From assembly GCA_040902305.1 (NCBI GenBank), contig JBBDXN010000155.1, forward strand, positions 1,955 to 65,954: a DNA stretch of 64,000 nt, given 5' to 3'. This DNA comes from Candidatus Rokuibacteriota bacterium. Lineage in GTDB: Bacteria; Methylomirabilota; Methylomirabilia; Rokubacteriales; CSP1-6. Below, in pieces: positions 39,004-50,381 of this stretch (position 1 is its first letter; the number at the start of each line of letters is the position of its first letter). The notes beneath the pieces are model-generated. The model saw only the letters and a program-made list of their open reading frames with translations. It was not told the DNA's origin and did no database searches. A program made the translations under genes and the position numbers.

Positions 39004-39737
39004 GCGCCGGCCTCCGCGGATCGCCGCGGCTCGAACCCGCCCGCCGCGAATACCGGGACGACGCGGCTCGTGTCGGCGCGCAGGCAGCACGCCACGTCGG
39101 CGCCGCGCCCCAGGCGTCGGAGCTTGCGGGCCCAGGAGGAGTCCTCCGCGATCCGCCCGAGCTGCGGACCGTAGTGCCGGGCCAGGCCCAGCGCGGCCGC
39201 CGCGCCTCCCCAGAGCGTCGTTCCGGGAGCGGCCTCGGCGAGGCGGGCGACCAGCAGCCCCGCGCAGACCGCGTCTTCCAGGGAGAACGCCCCGTTGTCG
39301 CCCGCGCACAGGATCGAGACGTCGCGCCCCTCGCCGAGCGCCCAGCCGGCCGCCGCGGTCACGTTCGTGAGCGCGGCGAGCCCCGCCGACGTGGCCGCCG
39401 ACGCGGTCAGCATCGCGGCGGTGCCGTTGGTGGTGGTAAGGACCACGGTGCGCCCGGCGACCCGCTCCCGCGTGAAGTCGTCCGGGGAGTTGCCGAGGTG
39501 GAATCCCGCGATGGCCTCCCCGCCCCGCTCGCCGGCCAGGATCGTATCCGCGCCGTCGCGGGCCGCCCGCGATTCGGCGGCGGCCTGGTCCGGAACCGGC
39601 ACGACGCGGCGGCAGCCCGCCTCGCACGCGGCGACCGCCGCGGTGGTGGCCCGCAGCACGTCCACCGCCAGCGCGGTGCGGCCGGCGAGGGGCAGGTCGG
39701 CGAAGTCGGCGGGGGTCAGCGCCACGTGCAGCCGCAT
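39000..39737 (-). CDS. comB: 2-phosphosulfolactate phosphatase family protein (ComB-like)
   Basis: VDVLRATT, GERGGE, GNSP, LTTTNGT, LCAGDNGAFSLEDAVCAG. Confidence 0.75.
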   Translation of the reverse strand: MRLHVALTPADFADLPLAGRTALAVDVLRATTAAVAACEAGCRRVVPVPDQAAAESRAARDGADTILAGERGGEAIAGFHLGNSPDDFTRERVAGRTVVLTTTNGTAAMLTASAATSAGLAALTNVTAAAGWALGEGRDVSILCAGDNGAFSLEDAVCAGLLVARLAEAAPGTTLWGGAAAALGLARHYGPQLGRIAEDSSWARKLRRLGRGADVACCLRADTSRVVPVFAAGGFEPRRSAEAGA

Positions 39738-39756
39738 CTCCGGGTGGGCCGGCCGC

Positions 39757-40965
<1,209 letters not shown>

Positions 40966-40967
40966 GG

Positions 40968-41879
40968 CTAGGCCCCACCGAGCAGGTTGAGAATGATGGC
41001 CTTCTGCGCGTGCAGACGGTTCTCGGCCTGATCCAGGATCAGGCTCCGCGGCCCGTCGAGCACCGCGTCGGTGATCTCCTCGCCGCGGTGCGCGGGCAGA
41101 CAGTGCATGACGAGCGCGTCGCCACGCGCGAAGTTCAGGAGGCGGTCGTTGACCTGGTAGCGCTGAAAGGCCTCCAGGCGCTCCTCGCGGTCGCCCTCCT
41201 GGCCCATGCTGATCCAGGTGTCGGTGTAGACCACGTCGGCGGCCTCCAGCGCGTCGCGCGCCTCCGTGGTCACCTGGACGCGCCCGCCCAGGGCGCGGCA
41301 GGCCTCCAGCACGGTGGGGTCCGGCTCGTAGCCGGGCGGACACGCCACCACCGCCGCGGTGCCGAGCATGGAACCCAGCAGCAAGAGCGAGTTGCAGACG
41401 TTGTTGCCGTCGCCGACCCAGGCCAGCCGCAGCTTCGCCAGATCGAGCCCCCGCTCCCAGAGCGTGAAGAAGTCCGCCATGGCCTGGCACGGGTGCTCGA
41501 GATCCGACAGCCCGTTGATCACCGGGATCGAGGCGTTCGCCGCAAGCTGCTCGAGGGTCCGGTGCGAGAAGACCCGGGCCGCCACCACGTCCACCCAGCG
41601 CGAGAGATTGCGGGCGACGTCCGGCACCGACTCGCGCTTGCCCATCCCGATCTCCTGGGCCGCGAGGTACACCGCGGCCCCGCCCAGCTGCACCATCGCG
41701 ACCTCGAACGTCACCCGCGTCCGCAGCGAAGGCTTCTCGAAGATCAGGGCCATCGTGCGCCCGGGCAGCGGAGTGGTCCGGTCGCGGGCCTTCTGCTTCG
41801 CCTTCAGCTCGGCCATGAGGACGAAGAGCCGCGGGAGATCTTCCCGGGCCAGGTCACGGATGGACAGGAAGTGGTTCAC
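40968..41879 (-). CDS. argF: ornithine carbamoyltransferase
   Basis: [36 protein letters not shown] overlaps the argD stop. Confidence 0.95.
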   Translation of the reverse strand: MNHFLSIRDLAREDLPRLFVLMAELKAKQKARDRTTPLPGRTMALIFEKPSLRTRVTFEVAMVQLGGAAVYLAAQEIGMGKRESVPDVARNLSRWVDVVAARVFSHRTLEQLAANASIPVINGLSDLEHPCQAMADFFTLWERGLDLAKLRLAWVGDGNNVCNSLLLLGSMLGTAAVVACPPGYEPDPTVLEACRALGGRVQVTTEARDALEAADVVYTDTWISMGQEGDREERLEAFQRYQVNDRLLNFARGDALVMHCLPAHRGEEITDAVLDGPRSLILDQAENRLHAQKAIILNLLGGA

Positions 41880-43078
41880 TTCCCGATGCCGGTCAGCGCC
41901 TGATCGATGATCTCGACCGCCCGGCGCACCGACACCTCGTCCACGATGAGGGGCGGCGCCAGCCGCAACGTATTGTCGCCCGCGGTGAGCACCAGCAGGC
42001 CGCGCTCCCGGCAGGCCGTCACCATGTCACCCACCGGCGGCACCAGGTCCATGCCGACCAGGAGGCCGCGGCCCCGCACCGCGGTGGCCGCCTTCGGATG
42101 GCGGCCACGCAGCGCCTCGAGCTGGTCGCGGAGCAGCCGGCCGATGGTGGCCGCGCGCTCGGGCAGCCGCTCCTCCATCAAGGTGGTGAAGACGGTCAGG
42201 CCCACCGCGGTGGCGAACGGATTGCCGCCGAAGGTCGAGCCGTGAGTACCCGGCGTGAAGGCGGACGCCACGCTCTCCGTGGCCAGGGTGGCCCCGATCG
42301 GCACGCCGTTGGCGAGGGCCTTGGCCAGGGTCATGATGTCGGGCTCGATCCCCGAGTGCTCGTACCCCCAGAGCCGGCCGGTGCGCCCCATGCCGGTCTG
42401 GATCTCGTCCAGCACCAGCAGGATCCCCGCCTCGTCGCAGAGCTTGCGCAGCCCGGGGAGGTAGCCGTCGTCCGGGATATTGATGCCGCCCTCGCCCTGG
42501 ATGGGCTCGACCATGACCGCGGCGGTGTGGCTGTCGATCGCACGCTCTACCGCGCGCAAATCGTTGAACGGCACGTACTTGAACCCGCCGGGCAGCGGCT
42601 CGAAGCCGTGGTGGTACTTCTCCTGGGCGGTGGCGGTCACGGTCGCGAGGGTGCGGCCATGGAAGCCGCCCCGCATCGTGATGATGTCCCCGCGGTCGCT
42701 GGCCCCGTGCTCCTTGGCCCACTTGCGCGCGAGTTTGATCGCGCTCTCGTTGGCCTCCGCGCCCGAGTTGGAGAAGAACACGCGGTCGGCGAACGAGTAG
42801 TCGCACAGCAGCTTGGCGAGCTGGGTCTGCTGCGGGATGTAGAAGAGGTTGGACACGTGGAGCAGCGTGGCCGCCTGCTCGCGCATGGTCCCCACCACCT
42901 TGGGATGAGAGTGTCCCAGTGCGGTCACCGCGATGCCGCCGGTGAAGTCGAGGTACTCCTTGCCGTCGCTATCCCACACCCGCACCCCGTCGCCTCTCAC
43001 CAGCGCGACCGGGTTGCGCTTCGCGGTGGTCATCAGGTGCTTGTCCGCCCACTCGATGAGCGTCTTCGTGTCGGTCAT
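41876..43078 (-). CDS. argD: acetylornithine aminotransferase
   Basis: FSNSGAEANE, LDEIQTGMGRTG, TLAKALANG (PLP lysine), GSTFGGNP. Confidence 0.93.
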   Translation of the reverse strand: MTDTKTLIEWADKHLMTTAKRNPVALVRGDGVRVWDSDGKEYLDFTGGIAVTALGHSHPKVVGTMREQAATLLHVSNLFYIPQQTQLAKLLCDYSFADRVFFSNSGAEANESAIKLARKWAKEHGASDRGDIITMRGGFHGRTLATVTATAQEKYHHGFEPLPGGFKYVPFNDLRAVERAIDSHTAAVMVEPIQGEGGINIPDDGYLPGLRKLCDEAGILLVLDEIQTGMGRTGRLWGYEHSGIEPDIMTLAKALANGVPIGATLATESVASAFTPGTHGSTFGGNPFATAVGLTVFTTLMEERLPERAATIGRLLRDQLEALRGRHPKAATAVRGRGLLVGMDLVPPVGDMVTACRERGLLVLTAGDNTLRLAPPLIVDEVSVRRAVEIIDQALTGIGK

Positions 43079-43274
43079 GTCTCCCTCATTCGCTCGGCTC
43101 GATTCCTCATATTCGCTCGGCTCGCCTTCGGCTCACCTCGCCCGGCCACGGCTCACCTCGCCCGGCCACGGCTCACCTCGCCCGGCCACGGGCCTCGACC
43201 CGCTGTATCCCTAACGTGAGCGCCTCGCCACCGTGGCCCCTCTTTGATCCGTTCGGCTCGCCTTCGGCGGCGCC
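43079..43274. repeat. composite repeat block filling the argB-argD gap
   Basis: ATTCGCTCGGCTCG occurs twice. GGCTCACCTCGCCCGGCCAC is present as three perfect tandem copies (43130-43189). A further TTCGGCTCGCCTTCGGC lies at about 43250. Confidence 0.95.
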
Positions 43275-44162
43275 TCACAAGACTATCTCGGTGCCGATAC
43301 CCTCTTTGGTGAGGACCTCCAGGAGGATCGCGTGGGGTACGCGGCCGTCGATGATATGCGCCTTCTGGGCGCCGCCGGTGAGGGCCCGCAGCGAGGACTC
43401 CACCTTGGGCAACATACCCCCGTCGATCACCCCCGCCTTGATCAGCCGCTCCGCGTCGCGCTTGGTGAGCGTCGAGACCAGGCGGCCGTCCTCGCCGTTG
43501 ATGCCGGTCACGTCGGTGAGATGGATCAGCTTCTCCGCGGCCAGGGCCGCGGCCACGTCGCCCGCCACCAGGTCCGCGTTGATGTTGTAGGTCTCGCCCC
43601 CCACCCCCACCCCGACCGGCGCGATCACCGGGATGAACCCGCTCTCCTCGAGGAGCCGGATCGGCTCCGGATTGACCGCCTCCACCTCGCCCACCAGGCC
43701 GATGTCCACCATGCTCCCGTCGGGCATCCGGTGCAGGCGCTTGCGGGCGCGCAGCAGGGTGGCGTCCTTGCCCGAGAGCCCCACCGCGCGGCCCCCGTGG
43801 AGGTTGATGAGGCCCACGATCTCCTTGTTGATCTTGCCGACCAGGACCATCTCGACGATCTGCACGGTCTCCTCATCGGTGACCCGCATCCCACCCACGA
43901 ACGTGGAGTCCTTGCCGAGCCGCTTCATCAGCGCGCCGATCTGCGGCCCGCCGCCGTGGACGATGACCGGCCGGATGCCGACCAGCCGCAGGAGCAGCAC
44001 GTCCTTGGCGAACTGCTCCTTGAGATCGGCCTGGTCCATGGCGGCGCCCCCGTACTTGATCACGAGGGTCTTGCCCTGGAAGGCGCGGATATAGGGCAGC
44101 GCCTCGATGAGCAGCTCGGCGCGCTGAACCAGCTCCGGGATCGGCATGATGCGCTCGTCCAC
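43275..44162 (-). CDS. argB: acetylglutamate kinase
   Basis: YIRAFQGKTLVIKYGGAAM, VHGGGPQI, YNINADLVAG. Start is GTG 44162 or ATG 44147. Confidence 0.93.
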   Translation of the reverse strand: MDERIMPIPELVQRAELLIEALPYIRAFQGKTLVIKYGGAAMDQADLKEQFAKDVLLLRLVGIRPVIVHGGGPQIGALMKRLGKDSTFVGGMRVTDEETVQIVEMVLVGKINKEIVGLINLHGGRAVGLSGKDATLLRARKRLHRMPDGSMVDIGLVGEVEAVNPEPIRLLEESGFIPVIAPVGVGVGGETYNINADLVAGDVAAALAAEKLIHLTDVTGINGEDGRLVSTLTKRDAERLIKAGVIDGGMLPKVESSLRALTGGAQKAHIIDGRVPHAILLEVLTKEGIGTEIVL

Positions 44163-44164
44163 CT

Positions 44165-45517
44165 CTATAAGATGTAGCGGGAGAGATCCTCGTCCTTCGC
44201 CACGTCGGCCAGGTGCGCGTGCACGTACTCCGCGTCGATCACGAGCTCCTGCCCCACCATGTTCGGGGCGTCGAAGGAGACGTCCTCCAGCAGCCGTTCC
44301 ATCACCGTGTACAGCCGCCGGGCGCCGATGTTCTCGGCCCGCTGGTTCACCATGAACGCGATCTCCGCGATGGCCTCCACCGCGTCGGCGGAGAAGTGCA
44401 GCGCGACCCCTTCCGTCCTCAGCAGCTCAACGTACTGCCGGATCAGGGCGTTCTGAGGTTCGCTCAGAATGCGGACAAAATCCGGCCGCGTCAAGGGCTC
44501 CAGCTCGACCCGGATCGGGAAGCGGCCCTGCAGCTCCGGGATCAGGTCGGCGGGCTTGGCCACGTGGAAGGCGCCCGCCGCGATGAACAGGATGTGGTCG
44601 GTCCGGACCATCCCATACTTGGTGGTGACGGTTGAGCCTTCGACGATCGGCAGGAGGTCCCGCTGCACGCCTTCCCGGGAGACGTCGGGCCCGCGGCCGC
44701 CTTCCCGGCCCGCGACCTTGTCCAGCTCGTCCAGGAAGATGATGCCGGAGTCCTCCACCCGGCGGATGGCCTGACCGACCGCCTCGTCCACGTCCACCAG
44801 CTTCTGGGCCTCCTCCTGGGCCAGGAGACGGCGGGCCTCGCCCACCTTGACCCTCCGCCGCCGCGTGCGCCCGGGCATGAGGTTCGAGAGCATGTCCTTC
44901 AGGTTGATCCCGATCTCCTCCATTCCCTGGCCCGGCATGAGCTCCAGCATGGGACCGGCCTGCTGCACGTCCATCTCGATGAGGCGGTCATCGAGCTTCC
45001 CGGTGCGGAGCTGGGCGCGGAGCTTGTCCCGCGTGGCGTCGCGGGAGGCGTCGGGCGACACCTCCTCGAGCGTGCCGCTCACGAAGGCCTCGCCGGGGCG
45101 CCGGGGCAGCAGCAGGTCCAGCAGCCGATCTTCCGCCAGCCCTTCCGCCCGCTCCCGCACCGCCGCCGCCATCTCCGCCTTGACCATGTTCACGCCCAGG
45201 TCGGTCAGGTCGCGGATCATGGACTCCACGTCCCGCCCCACATAGCCGACCTCGGTGTACTTGGACGCCTCCACCTTGAGGAACGGGGCCTGGGCGAGCT
45301 TGGCGAGGCGCCGGGCGATCTCGGTCTTCCCGACTCCGGTGGGCCCGATCATGATGATGTTCTTGGGGGCGACCTCGTCCCTCAGTTCCGCGGGCAGGTT
45401 CTGCCGCCGCCACCGGTTGCGCAACGCGATGGCCACCGCCCGCTTGGCCTTGTGCTGGCCGACGATGTACCGGTCGAGCTCGGAGGTGATCTGAGCCGGA
45501 GTCAGGCCGGTCATCAC
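44165..45517 (-). CDS. hslU: ATP-dependent protease ATPase subunit HslU
   Basis: [18 protein letters not shown] Walker [10 protein letters not shown]. Start is GTG 45517 or ATG 45514, both overlapping the hslV stop. Confidence 0.97.
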   Translation of the reverse strand: MMTGLTPAQITSELDRYIVGQHKAKRAVAIALRNRWRRQNLPAELRDEVAPKNIIMIGPTGVGKTEIARRLAKLAQAPFLKVEASKYTEVGYVGRDVESMIRDLTDLGVNMVKAEMAAAVRERAEGLAEDRLLDLLLPRRPGEAFVSGTLEEVSPDASRDATRDKLRAQLRTGKLDDRLIEMDVQQAGPMLELMPGQGMEEIGINLKDMLSNLMPGRTRRRRVKVGEARRLLAQEEAQKLVDVDEAVGQAIRRVEDSGIIFLDELDKVAGREGGRGPDVSREGVQRDLLPIVEGSTVTTKYGMVRTDHILFIAAGAFHVAKPADLIPELQGRFPIRVELEPLTRPDFVRILSEPQNALIRQYVELLRTEGVALHFSADAVEAIAEIAFMVNQRAENIGARRLYTVMERLLEDVSFDAPNMVGQELVIDAEYVHAHLADVAKDEDLSRYIL

Positions 45518-46062
45518 AGGGTCAGCACCGTGATCTGGTCATTGGTGTACACGCAGATGCCGGCCGCGACGCGGAGCGACTGCTCCGCGATCTGGGGCGC
45601 TTCGAGCGCGGAGTGCGCGCAGAGGGCCCGGGCCGCGGCCAGGGCATAGGGTCCTCCGGATCCGATGCCGACCAGGCCGTCGTCGGGCTCGATGACGTCG
45701 CCGGTGCCGGATATGATGAAGGTGACCTCCGCGTCGGCTACCGCGAGCAGCGCCTCCAGCCGGCGCAGCACCCGGTCCATGCGCCACTCCTTGGCCAGCT
45801 CGACCGCCGCGCGCGCCAGGTTGCCCCGGTGCTCCTCGAGCTTCGCCTCGAACCGCGCGAAGAGCGTGAAGGCGTCGGCGGCGGCCCCCGCGAAGCCGGC
45901 GAGCACCCGGTCGTGGTGCATCTTGCGCACCTTGCGCGCGCCCGCCTTCATGATCGTCTGGCCGAAGGAGACCTGCCCATCTCCCGCCACCGCGACCTGG
46001 CCCCGATGCCGGACGCAGACCACGGTGGTGGCGTGGATCTGGGCGGGGCTGGGCGGCGTCAT
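45514..46062 (-). CDS. hslV: ATP-dependent protease subunit HslV
   Basis: [23 protein letters not shown] with N-terminal Thr nucleophile context. [11 protein letters not shown]. Confidence 0.95.
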   Translation of the reverse strand: MTPPSPAQIHATTVVCVRHRGQVAVAGDGQVSFGQTIMKAGARKVRKMHHDRVLAGFAGAAADAFTLFARFEAKLEEHRGNLARAAVELAKEWRMDRVLRRLEALLAVADAEVTFIISGTGDVIEPDDGLVGIGSGGPYALAAARALCAHSALEAPQIAEQSLRVAAGICVYTNDQITVLTL

Positions 46063-46078
46063 CGCGGCGGGGAGCCTC

Positions 46079-46951
46079 TCAGGTCGCGCGCGGATGCGCA
46101 GCGTCGTATACCCGCATCAGGTGCTCGGGGCTCACGTGGGTGTAGCGCTGGGTCGTGGAGAGGCGGCTGTGGCCCAGCAGCTCCTGGATCAGGCGGAGAT
46201 CCGCGCCGGCGCCCAGCATGTGGGTGGCGAAGCTGTGGCGCAGGGTGTGAGGCGTCACCCGCTGCCCGATGCCGGCCCGGCGGGCGCGGGCCCGCACGAT
46301 GCGATGCGCGCTGCGCGGCGTCAGCCGCCCACCCCGCGCGTTGAGGAAGAGTGGCCCGCGCCGGCGCCCGCGCATGGCCAGGTAGGCCGCGAGGGCTTCC
46401 AGCGCGGTCTCGCCGACCGGCACCACGCGCTCCTTCTCGCCCTTGCCGAGGACCCGCACGGTATGTCGGGCCTCGTCGAGGTCGTCCACGTCGAGGCCGC
46501 AGCCCTCGGCCACCCGCAGCCCGCTCGCGTAGAGCAGCTCCAGCAGGGCCCGGTCGCGGGCCCCCGCCGCGGTGACCTCGGGCGCGGCGTTCAACAGGAC
46601 GGCGGCCTCGTCGACCGGCAGGAACGACGGGAGCCGGCGGCCGAGGCGGGGGCTGCGCACCTGCCGCGCCGGGTTCACCTCGAGGACCCCGCGCCGCGCG
46701 AGGAAGCGGAAGCAGCTCCGCACCGCGGCGAGCTTGCGGGCGATGGTGGCCTTGGCCAGCCGTCGCTTGTGCAGCCGCGCCAGGAAGGCGCGAACCACGC
46801 GCGTGTCCGCCGCCTCCCACCCCGCGATCTTCTCCTCCGCGAGGAAGCCGCTGAACTCGATCAGGTCGGCCGCGTAGCTCCGGAGGGTGTGAGGGGACGC
46901 GCCGCGCTCGACGCTCTGGTACTCGAGGAAGGACCCGACCGCCGCGTCCAT
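46079..46951 (-). CDS. xerC: site-specific tyrosine recombinase XerC/XerD type
   Basis: [36 protein letters not shown] (R-H-R-Y catalytic set). ATG 46951. Sits in dprA-topA-xerC-hslVU synteny. Confidence 0.9.
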   Translation of the reverse strand: MDAAVGSFLEYQSVERGASPHTLRSYAADLIEFSGFLAEEKIAGWEAADTRVVRAFLARLHKRRLAKATIARKLAAVRSCFRFLARRGVLEVNPARQVRSPRLGRRLPSFLPVDEAAVLLNAAPEVTAAGARDRALLELLYASGLRVAEGCGLDVDDLDEARHTVRVLGKGEKERVVPVGETALEALAAYLAMRGRRRGPLFLNARGGRLTPRSAHRIVRARARRAGIGQRVTPHTLRHSFATHMLGAGADLRLIQELLGHSRLSTTQRYTHVSPEHLMRVYDAAHPRAT

Positions 46952-46973
46952 GGTAGATGAGCCGGGGCGCTTC

Positions 46974-49232
46974 TCACGCGACCGTGGGAGCCACTTCCTG
47001 CCGGTAACCGCAATCCTCCCGGAAGCACTGCCGCGTGACCTTGCCGCCCCGGGCATACCGCTCGGTCAGGAACGGCGCCGCGCACTTGGGGCACGGCTCC
47101 GCCACCGGCCGCGTCCACAGGGCGAACTTGCAGGTGGGGTAGTTCGTGCACGCGTAGAAGGTCTTACCCTTGCGGGTGCGCTTCTCGGTGAGCTGGCCCC
47201 CGCAGTTCGGCTCGGGGCACGTGATCCCGAGGGTTACCGGCTTGGTGGTCTTGCACTCCGGGTAGCCCGAGCAGGCGATGAACTTGCCGAAGCGGCCGTG
47301 CTTGATGACCATCGGCTTGCCGCAGGTCGGGCAGATCTCGTCGGTGGGCTCATCCGCGGGCCGCTCGCGCCCACCGCTCATATCCTTGGTGTACTTGCAG
47401 TCGGGATAGGCGGAGCAGGCCAGGAACTTCCCGAAGCGTCCCCACTTCTCGAGCAGCGGCTTGCCGCAATCGGGGCACTCCTGTCCGGCGTCGACGCCGA
47501 CCTTGACGTTGTCCATCTTCTTCCCGGCCGCCTTGAGGTCGCGCGAGAACTGCTTGTAGAAGGTCTCCACCGTCTTCACCCAGTCGGCGTCGCCTTCCTC
47601 GATCTTGTCCAGCGACTCCTCGAGCTGGGCGGTGAACTCGACGTCCATGACCTCGGGGAAGTGGGGCACCAGCATGTCGGTGACCTGCATGCCGAGATCG
47701 GTCGGGAACAGGGTACCGCGGTCGCGCCGAACGTAGCCCCGATCCTGGATGGTGCCGAGGATCTGGGCGTAGGTGGACGGCCGGCCGATCCCCCGATCCT
47801 CGAGCGTCTTGACCAGCGAGGCCTCCGTGAAGCGGGGCGGCGGCTGGGTGAAGTGCTGCTTGGGGTCGAGGGCCAGGAGCTTGAGCGTCTCGCCGACGGT
47901 GAGCGGGGGCATCACCGCCTCCGCCTCCTCCTCCGGAGTCTCGTCGGTGGCCTCGCGCGACTCCACGTACACCGCGGTGAAGCCGGGGAACTTCATCGTC
48001 GAGCCCTGGGCCCGGAAGAGGCAGTCTCCCGCGGTGACGTCCGCCGCCACCGTGTCGTACACCGCCGGCAGCATCTGGCTCGCGAGGAAGCGCTCCCAGA
48101 CGAGCCGGTACAGCGCGAGCTGGTCCTTGGACAGGAATCGCGCCACCGCCTTGGGCTCGCGCGCCACCGAGCTCGGGCGCACCGCTTCGTGCGCTTCCTG
48201 CGCGCTCTTCTTGGCCTTGTAGGTGGGCGGCGCGTCGGGCAGGTACTCCCGCCCCAGGCGCCCGGTCACCCACTGTCGCGCCTCGTCCTGGGCCTCCGCG
48301 GCCACCCGCACCGCGTCGGTGCGCATGTACGTGATGAGGCCGACCGCGCCTTCGTCGCCGAGCTCGACGCCCTCGTAGAGCTGCTGGGCCAGCATCATCG
48401 TCTTCTTGGCGGTGAAGTGGAGCTTGCGGCTCGCGTCCTGCTGCAACGTCGAGGTGATGAAGGGCGGGGCGGGGTTGCGGCGCCGCTCCCCGCGGGTGAC
48501 CGACTTCACCGTCCAGACGCTGCCGTGCAGCGAGGTCATCACCGCCATGGTGGCGGCCTCGTCGGGCAGGTCCGTCTTCTCGCTCCGCACCTCCTTCAGC
48601 GTGGCCGTGAAGTCGGGCGGGTTCTTGCCCTTGAGCTTGGCGTGCAGGGACCAGTACTCCACCGGCACGAAGGCGGCGACCTCGCGCTCGCGCTCGGTGA
48701 TGAGGCGCACCGCCACCGACTGCACGCGCCCGGCCGAGAGCCCGCGGCGGATCTTCTCCCACAGCAGCGGCGAGAGCTTGTAGCCCACCAGCCGGTCCAG
48801 CACCCGCCGAGCCTGCTGGGCGTTGACCTTGTTGGAGTCGATCTTGCCCGGGTGCAGGAACGCGGCCTTGACCGCCCGCTCGGTGATCTCGTTGAACATG
48901 ATCCGGTGCGTCTTGGCCTTGCTGATCCCGAGCTCCTGGGCCAGGTGCCAGCCGATGGCCTCCCCTTCGCGGTCCGGGTCGGTCGCGATGTACAGCGAGT
49001 CCGCCTTCTCGGCCGCCTTCTTCAGCTCGTCGAGCACCTTCTTCTTGGCCGGAAGCACCTTGTACTCCGGCTTGAAACCCTTCTTCTCGTCCACGCCGAG
49101 CTTGGACTTGGGCAGATCGCGGATGTGGCCCATCGAGGCCTTGACGACGTACTTCGACTCCAGGTACTTCTGGATCGTCTTGACCTTGGTGGGCGACTCC
49201 ACCACAACCAATCCCAATCCCCGCTTCGCCAC
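46974..49232 (-). CDS. topA: DNA topoisomerase I
   Basis: LVVVESPTKVKTI (TOPRIM), ATDPDREGE, GLITYMRTD active-site Tyr, four C-terminal C4 zinc ribbons. Confidence 0.97.
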   Translation of the reverse strand: MAKRGLGLVVVESPTKVKTIQKYLESKYVVKASMGHIRDLPKSKLGVDEKKGFKPEYKVLPAKKKVLDELKKAAEKADSLYIATDPDREGEAIGWHLAQELGISKAKTHRIMFNEITERAVKAAFLHPGKIDSNKVNAQQARRVLDRLVGYKLSPLLWEKIRRGLSAGRVQSVAVRLITEREREVAAFVPVEYWSLHAKLKGKNPPDFTATLKEVRSEKTDLPDEAATMAVMTSLHGSVWTVKSVTRGERRRNPAPPFITSTLQQDASRKLHFTAKKTMMLAQQLYEGVELGDEGAVGLITYMRTDAVRVAAEAQDEARQWVTGRLGREYLPDAPPTYKAKKSAQEAHEAVRPSSVAREPKAVARFLSKDQLALYRLVWERFLASQMLPAVYDTVAADVTAGDCLFRAQGSTMKFPGFTAVYVESREATDETPEEEAEAVMPPLTVGETLKLLALDPKQHFTQPPPRFTEASLVKTLEDRGIGRPSTYAQILGTIQDRGYVRRDRGTLFPTDLGMQVTDMLVPHFPEVMDVEFTAQLEESLDKIEEGDADWVKTVETFYKQFSRDLKAAGKKMDNVKVGVDAGQECPDCGKPLLEKWGRFGKFLACSAYPDCKYTKDMSGGRERPADEPTDEICPTCGKPMVIKHGRFGKFIACSGYPECKTTKPVTLGITCPEPNCGGQLTEKRTRKGKTFYACTNYPTCKFALWTRPVAEPCPKCAAPFLTERYARGGKVTRQCFREDCGYRQEVAPTVA

Positions 49233-49243
49233 CCGGTGCCCTC

Positions 49244-50284
49244 CTACGCCCGTCCGACTCGGACGAACCGCTTGCCTTCGATCTGCCTCACGCGCCCCTC
49301 CAGCTCCAGATCCAGCAGCGCGGCCGAGACCCGCCCGGCTCCGAGGCCGCTCCGCTCGATCACGTGGTCGATGTCGACCGGATCCTCACCCAGGAGCGAG
49401 AGGATCTTGCGTGTCGCAACCGTGACTTGTCTTTGGTATTCGCTCGGCTCGCCTTCGGCTTCACCTCGCCCTGCCACTGCCGGCTCGCCTTCGGCTTCAC
49501 CTCGCCCTGCCACTGCCGGCTCGCCTTCGACAGCGCCTCCTGTCGTTCCCGTTCTTTCGGCGGTGTCGATGCAGCCTTTCCAGCGCGCCGGCAGGACCGC
49601 GACCACGTCCTCCCAACCCATCGCGACCGCGGCGCCGTCCTGGATGAGACGGTTCGCGCCGCGGCTCTCCGGCGTGGTGATTCGGCCGGGAACCGCCAGC
49701 ACCTCGCGGCCCAGCTCGGCGGCCAGGCGCGCGGTGATCAGCGAGCCGCTCCGCTCCGCCGCCTCCACGACCACCACCGCCAGCGACATCGCCGCGATCA
49801 CCTGGTTGCGGGCCGGGAAGTTCTGGGGCAGCGGCGGCGTGCCGAGCGCGAACTGGGAGACCAGCGCGCCGCGTTCCACGATCTCCGCGGCCAGCCGGCG
49901 ATTCTCCGGCGGGTAGATCACGTCGACGCCCGACCCCAGCACCGCGATGGTGCGGCCGCCCACGCGCAGCGCGCCGCGATGCGCGGCGCTGTCGATGCCG
50001 CGCGCGAGCCCGCTCACGATCGTGACGCCGCGCGCGGCCAGGTCTGCCGCGAGCAGCTCGGCCACGTGGAGCCCGTAGGAGGTGGCCCGGCGCGAGCCCA
50101 CGATGGCCACCGCGACCACGTCCGCGTCCACGAGCCGGCCTTGCACGTGGAGCGTCTCGGGCGCGCTGGGCACGTCCCGGAGCAGCGCCGGGTACTCGGC
50201 GCCGCCGCGCGCGAGCGCGCGCGGGATCACCTCGGGCTGTCGCGCCGTCTCCGCGTCGATACGGTCATGTATCACGTGCGTCAC
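49244..50284 (-). CDS. dprA: DNA-processing protein DprA (Smf) with in-frame repeat insertion in the linker
   Basis: VAIVGSRRATSYG, SGLARGIDSAAHRGAL, GSGVDVIYPPEN, SGSLITA, C-terminal winged-helix segment. GTG start. Confidence 0.92.
   Translation of the reverse strand: MTHVIHDRIDAETARQPEVIPRALARGGAEYPALLRDVPSAPETLHVQGRLVDADVVAVAIVGSRRATSYGLHVAELLAADLAARGVTIVSGLARGIDSAAHRGALRVGGRTIAVLGSGVDVIYPPENRRLAAEIVERGALVSQFALGTPPLPQNFPARNQVIAAMSLAVVVVEAAERSGSLITARLAAELGREVLAVPGRITTPESRGANRLIQDGAAVAMGWEDVVAVLPARWKGCIDTAERTGTTGGAVEGEPAVAGRGEAEGEPAVAGRGEAEGEPSEYQRQVTVATRKILSLLGEDPVDIDHVIERSGLGAGRVSAALLDLELEGRVRQIEGKRFVRVGRA
49436..49531. repeat. 36-bp perfect tandem repeat x2.4 inside dprA, led by the interspersed core motif
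   Basis: CGGCTCGCCTTCGGCTTCACCTCGCCCTGCCACTGC at 49445 and 49481, plus a 13-nt third copy. Encodes EGEPAVAGRGEA twice, then EGEPSE. Confidence 0.95.
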
Positions 50285-50326
50285 TCACCTCGCCGATCGA
50301 GATCCTAGGGTCGAACAGTGCGTTTC

Positions 50327-50354
50327 AGTATACCGGACGGTCAAACTCGGTCAA
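50327..50354 (-). promoter_or_regulatory. putative sigma70-type promoter of dprA-topA
   Basis: Minus strand reads TTGACC-16 nt-TATACT, 42 nt before GTG 50284. Confidence 0.5.
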
Positions 50355-50381
50355 AACCGGGCGCGGGCGCGGCGCGGCCGA

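Noticed and set aside
43130-43189. The tandem repeat arrays (here and at 2545, 30023, 34856, 49445 and 62317) considered as CRISPR arrays
   Set aside because: The units are contiguous with no spacers, there are only 2-3 copies, no cas genes are present, and several arrays lie inside coding sequences.
42933-43590. Small plus-strand ORFs (93 and 124 aa) spanning the argB-argD repeat block
   Set aside because: They are built from repeat sequence and from antisense argB, with no SD and no recognisable domain.
46079-46951. Tyrosine recombinase considered as the integrase of a mobile element or prophage
   Set aside because: It sits in the conserved housekeeping synteny dprA-topA-xerC-hslV-hslU. 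There are no flanking phage or transposon genes, no adjacent tRNA target and no direct repeats, so it is best read as chromosomal XerC/XerD.
46950-49916. 988-aa ORF antisense to topA and dprA
   Set aside because: Antisense artefact. The minus strand carries complete topoisomerase I and DprA signatures.
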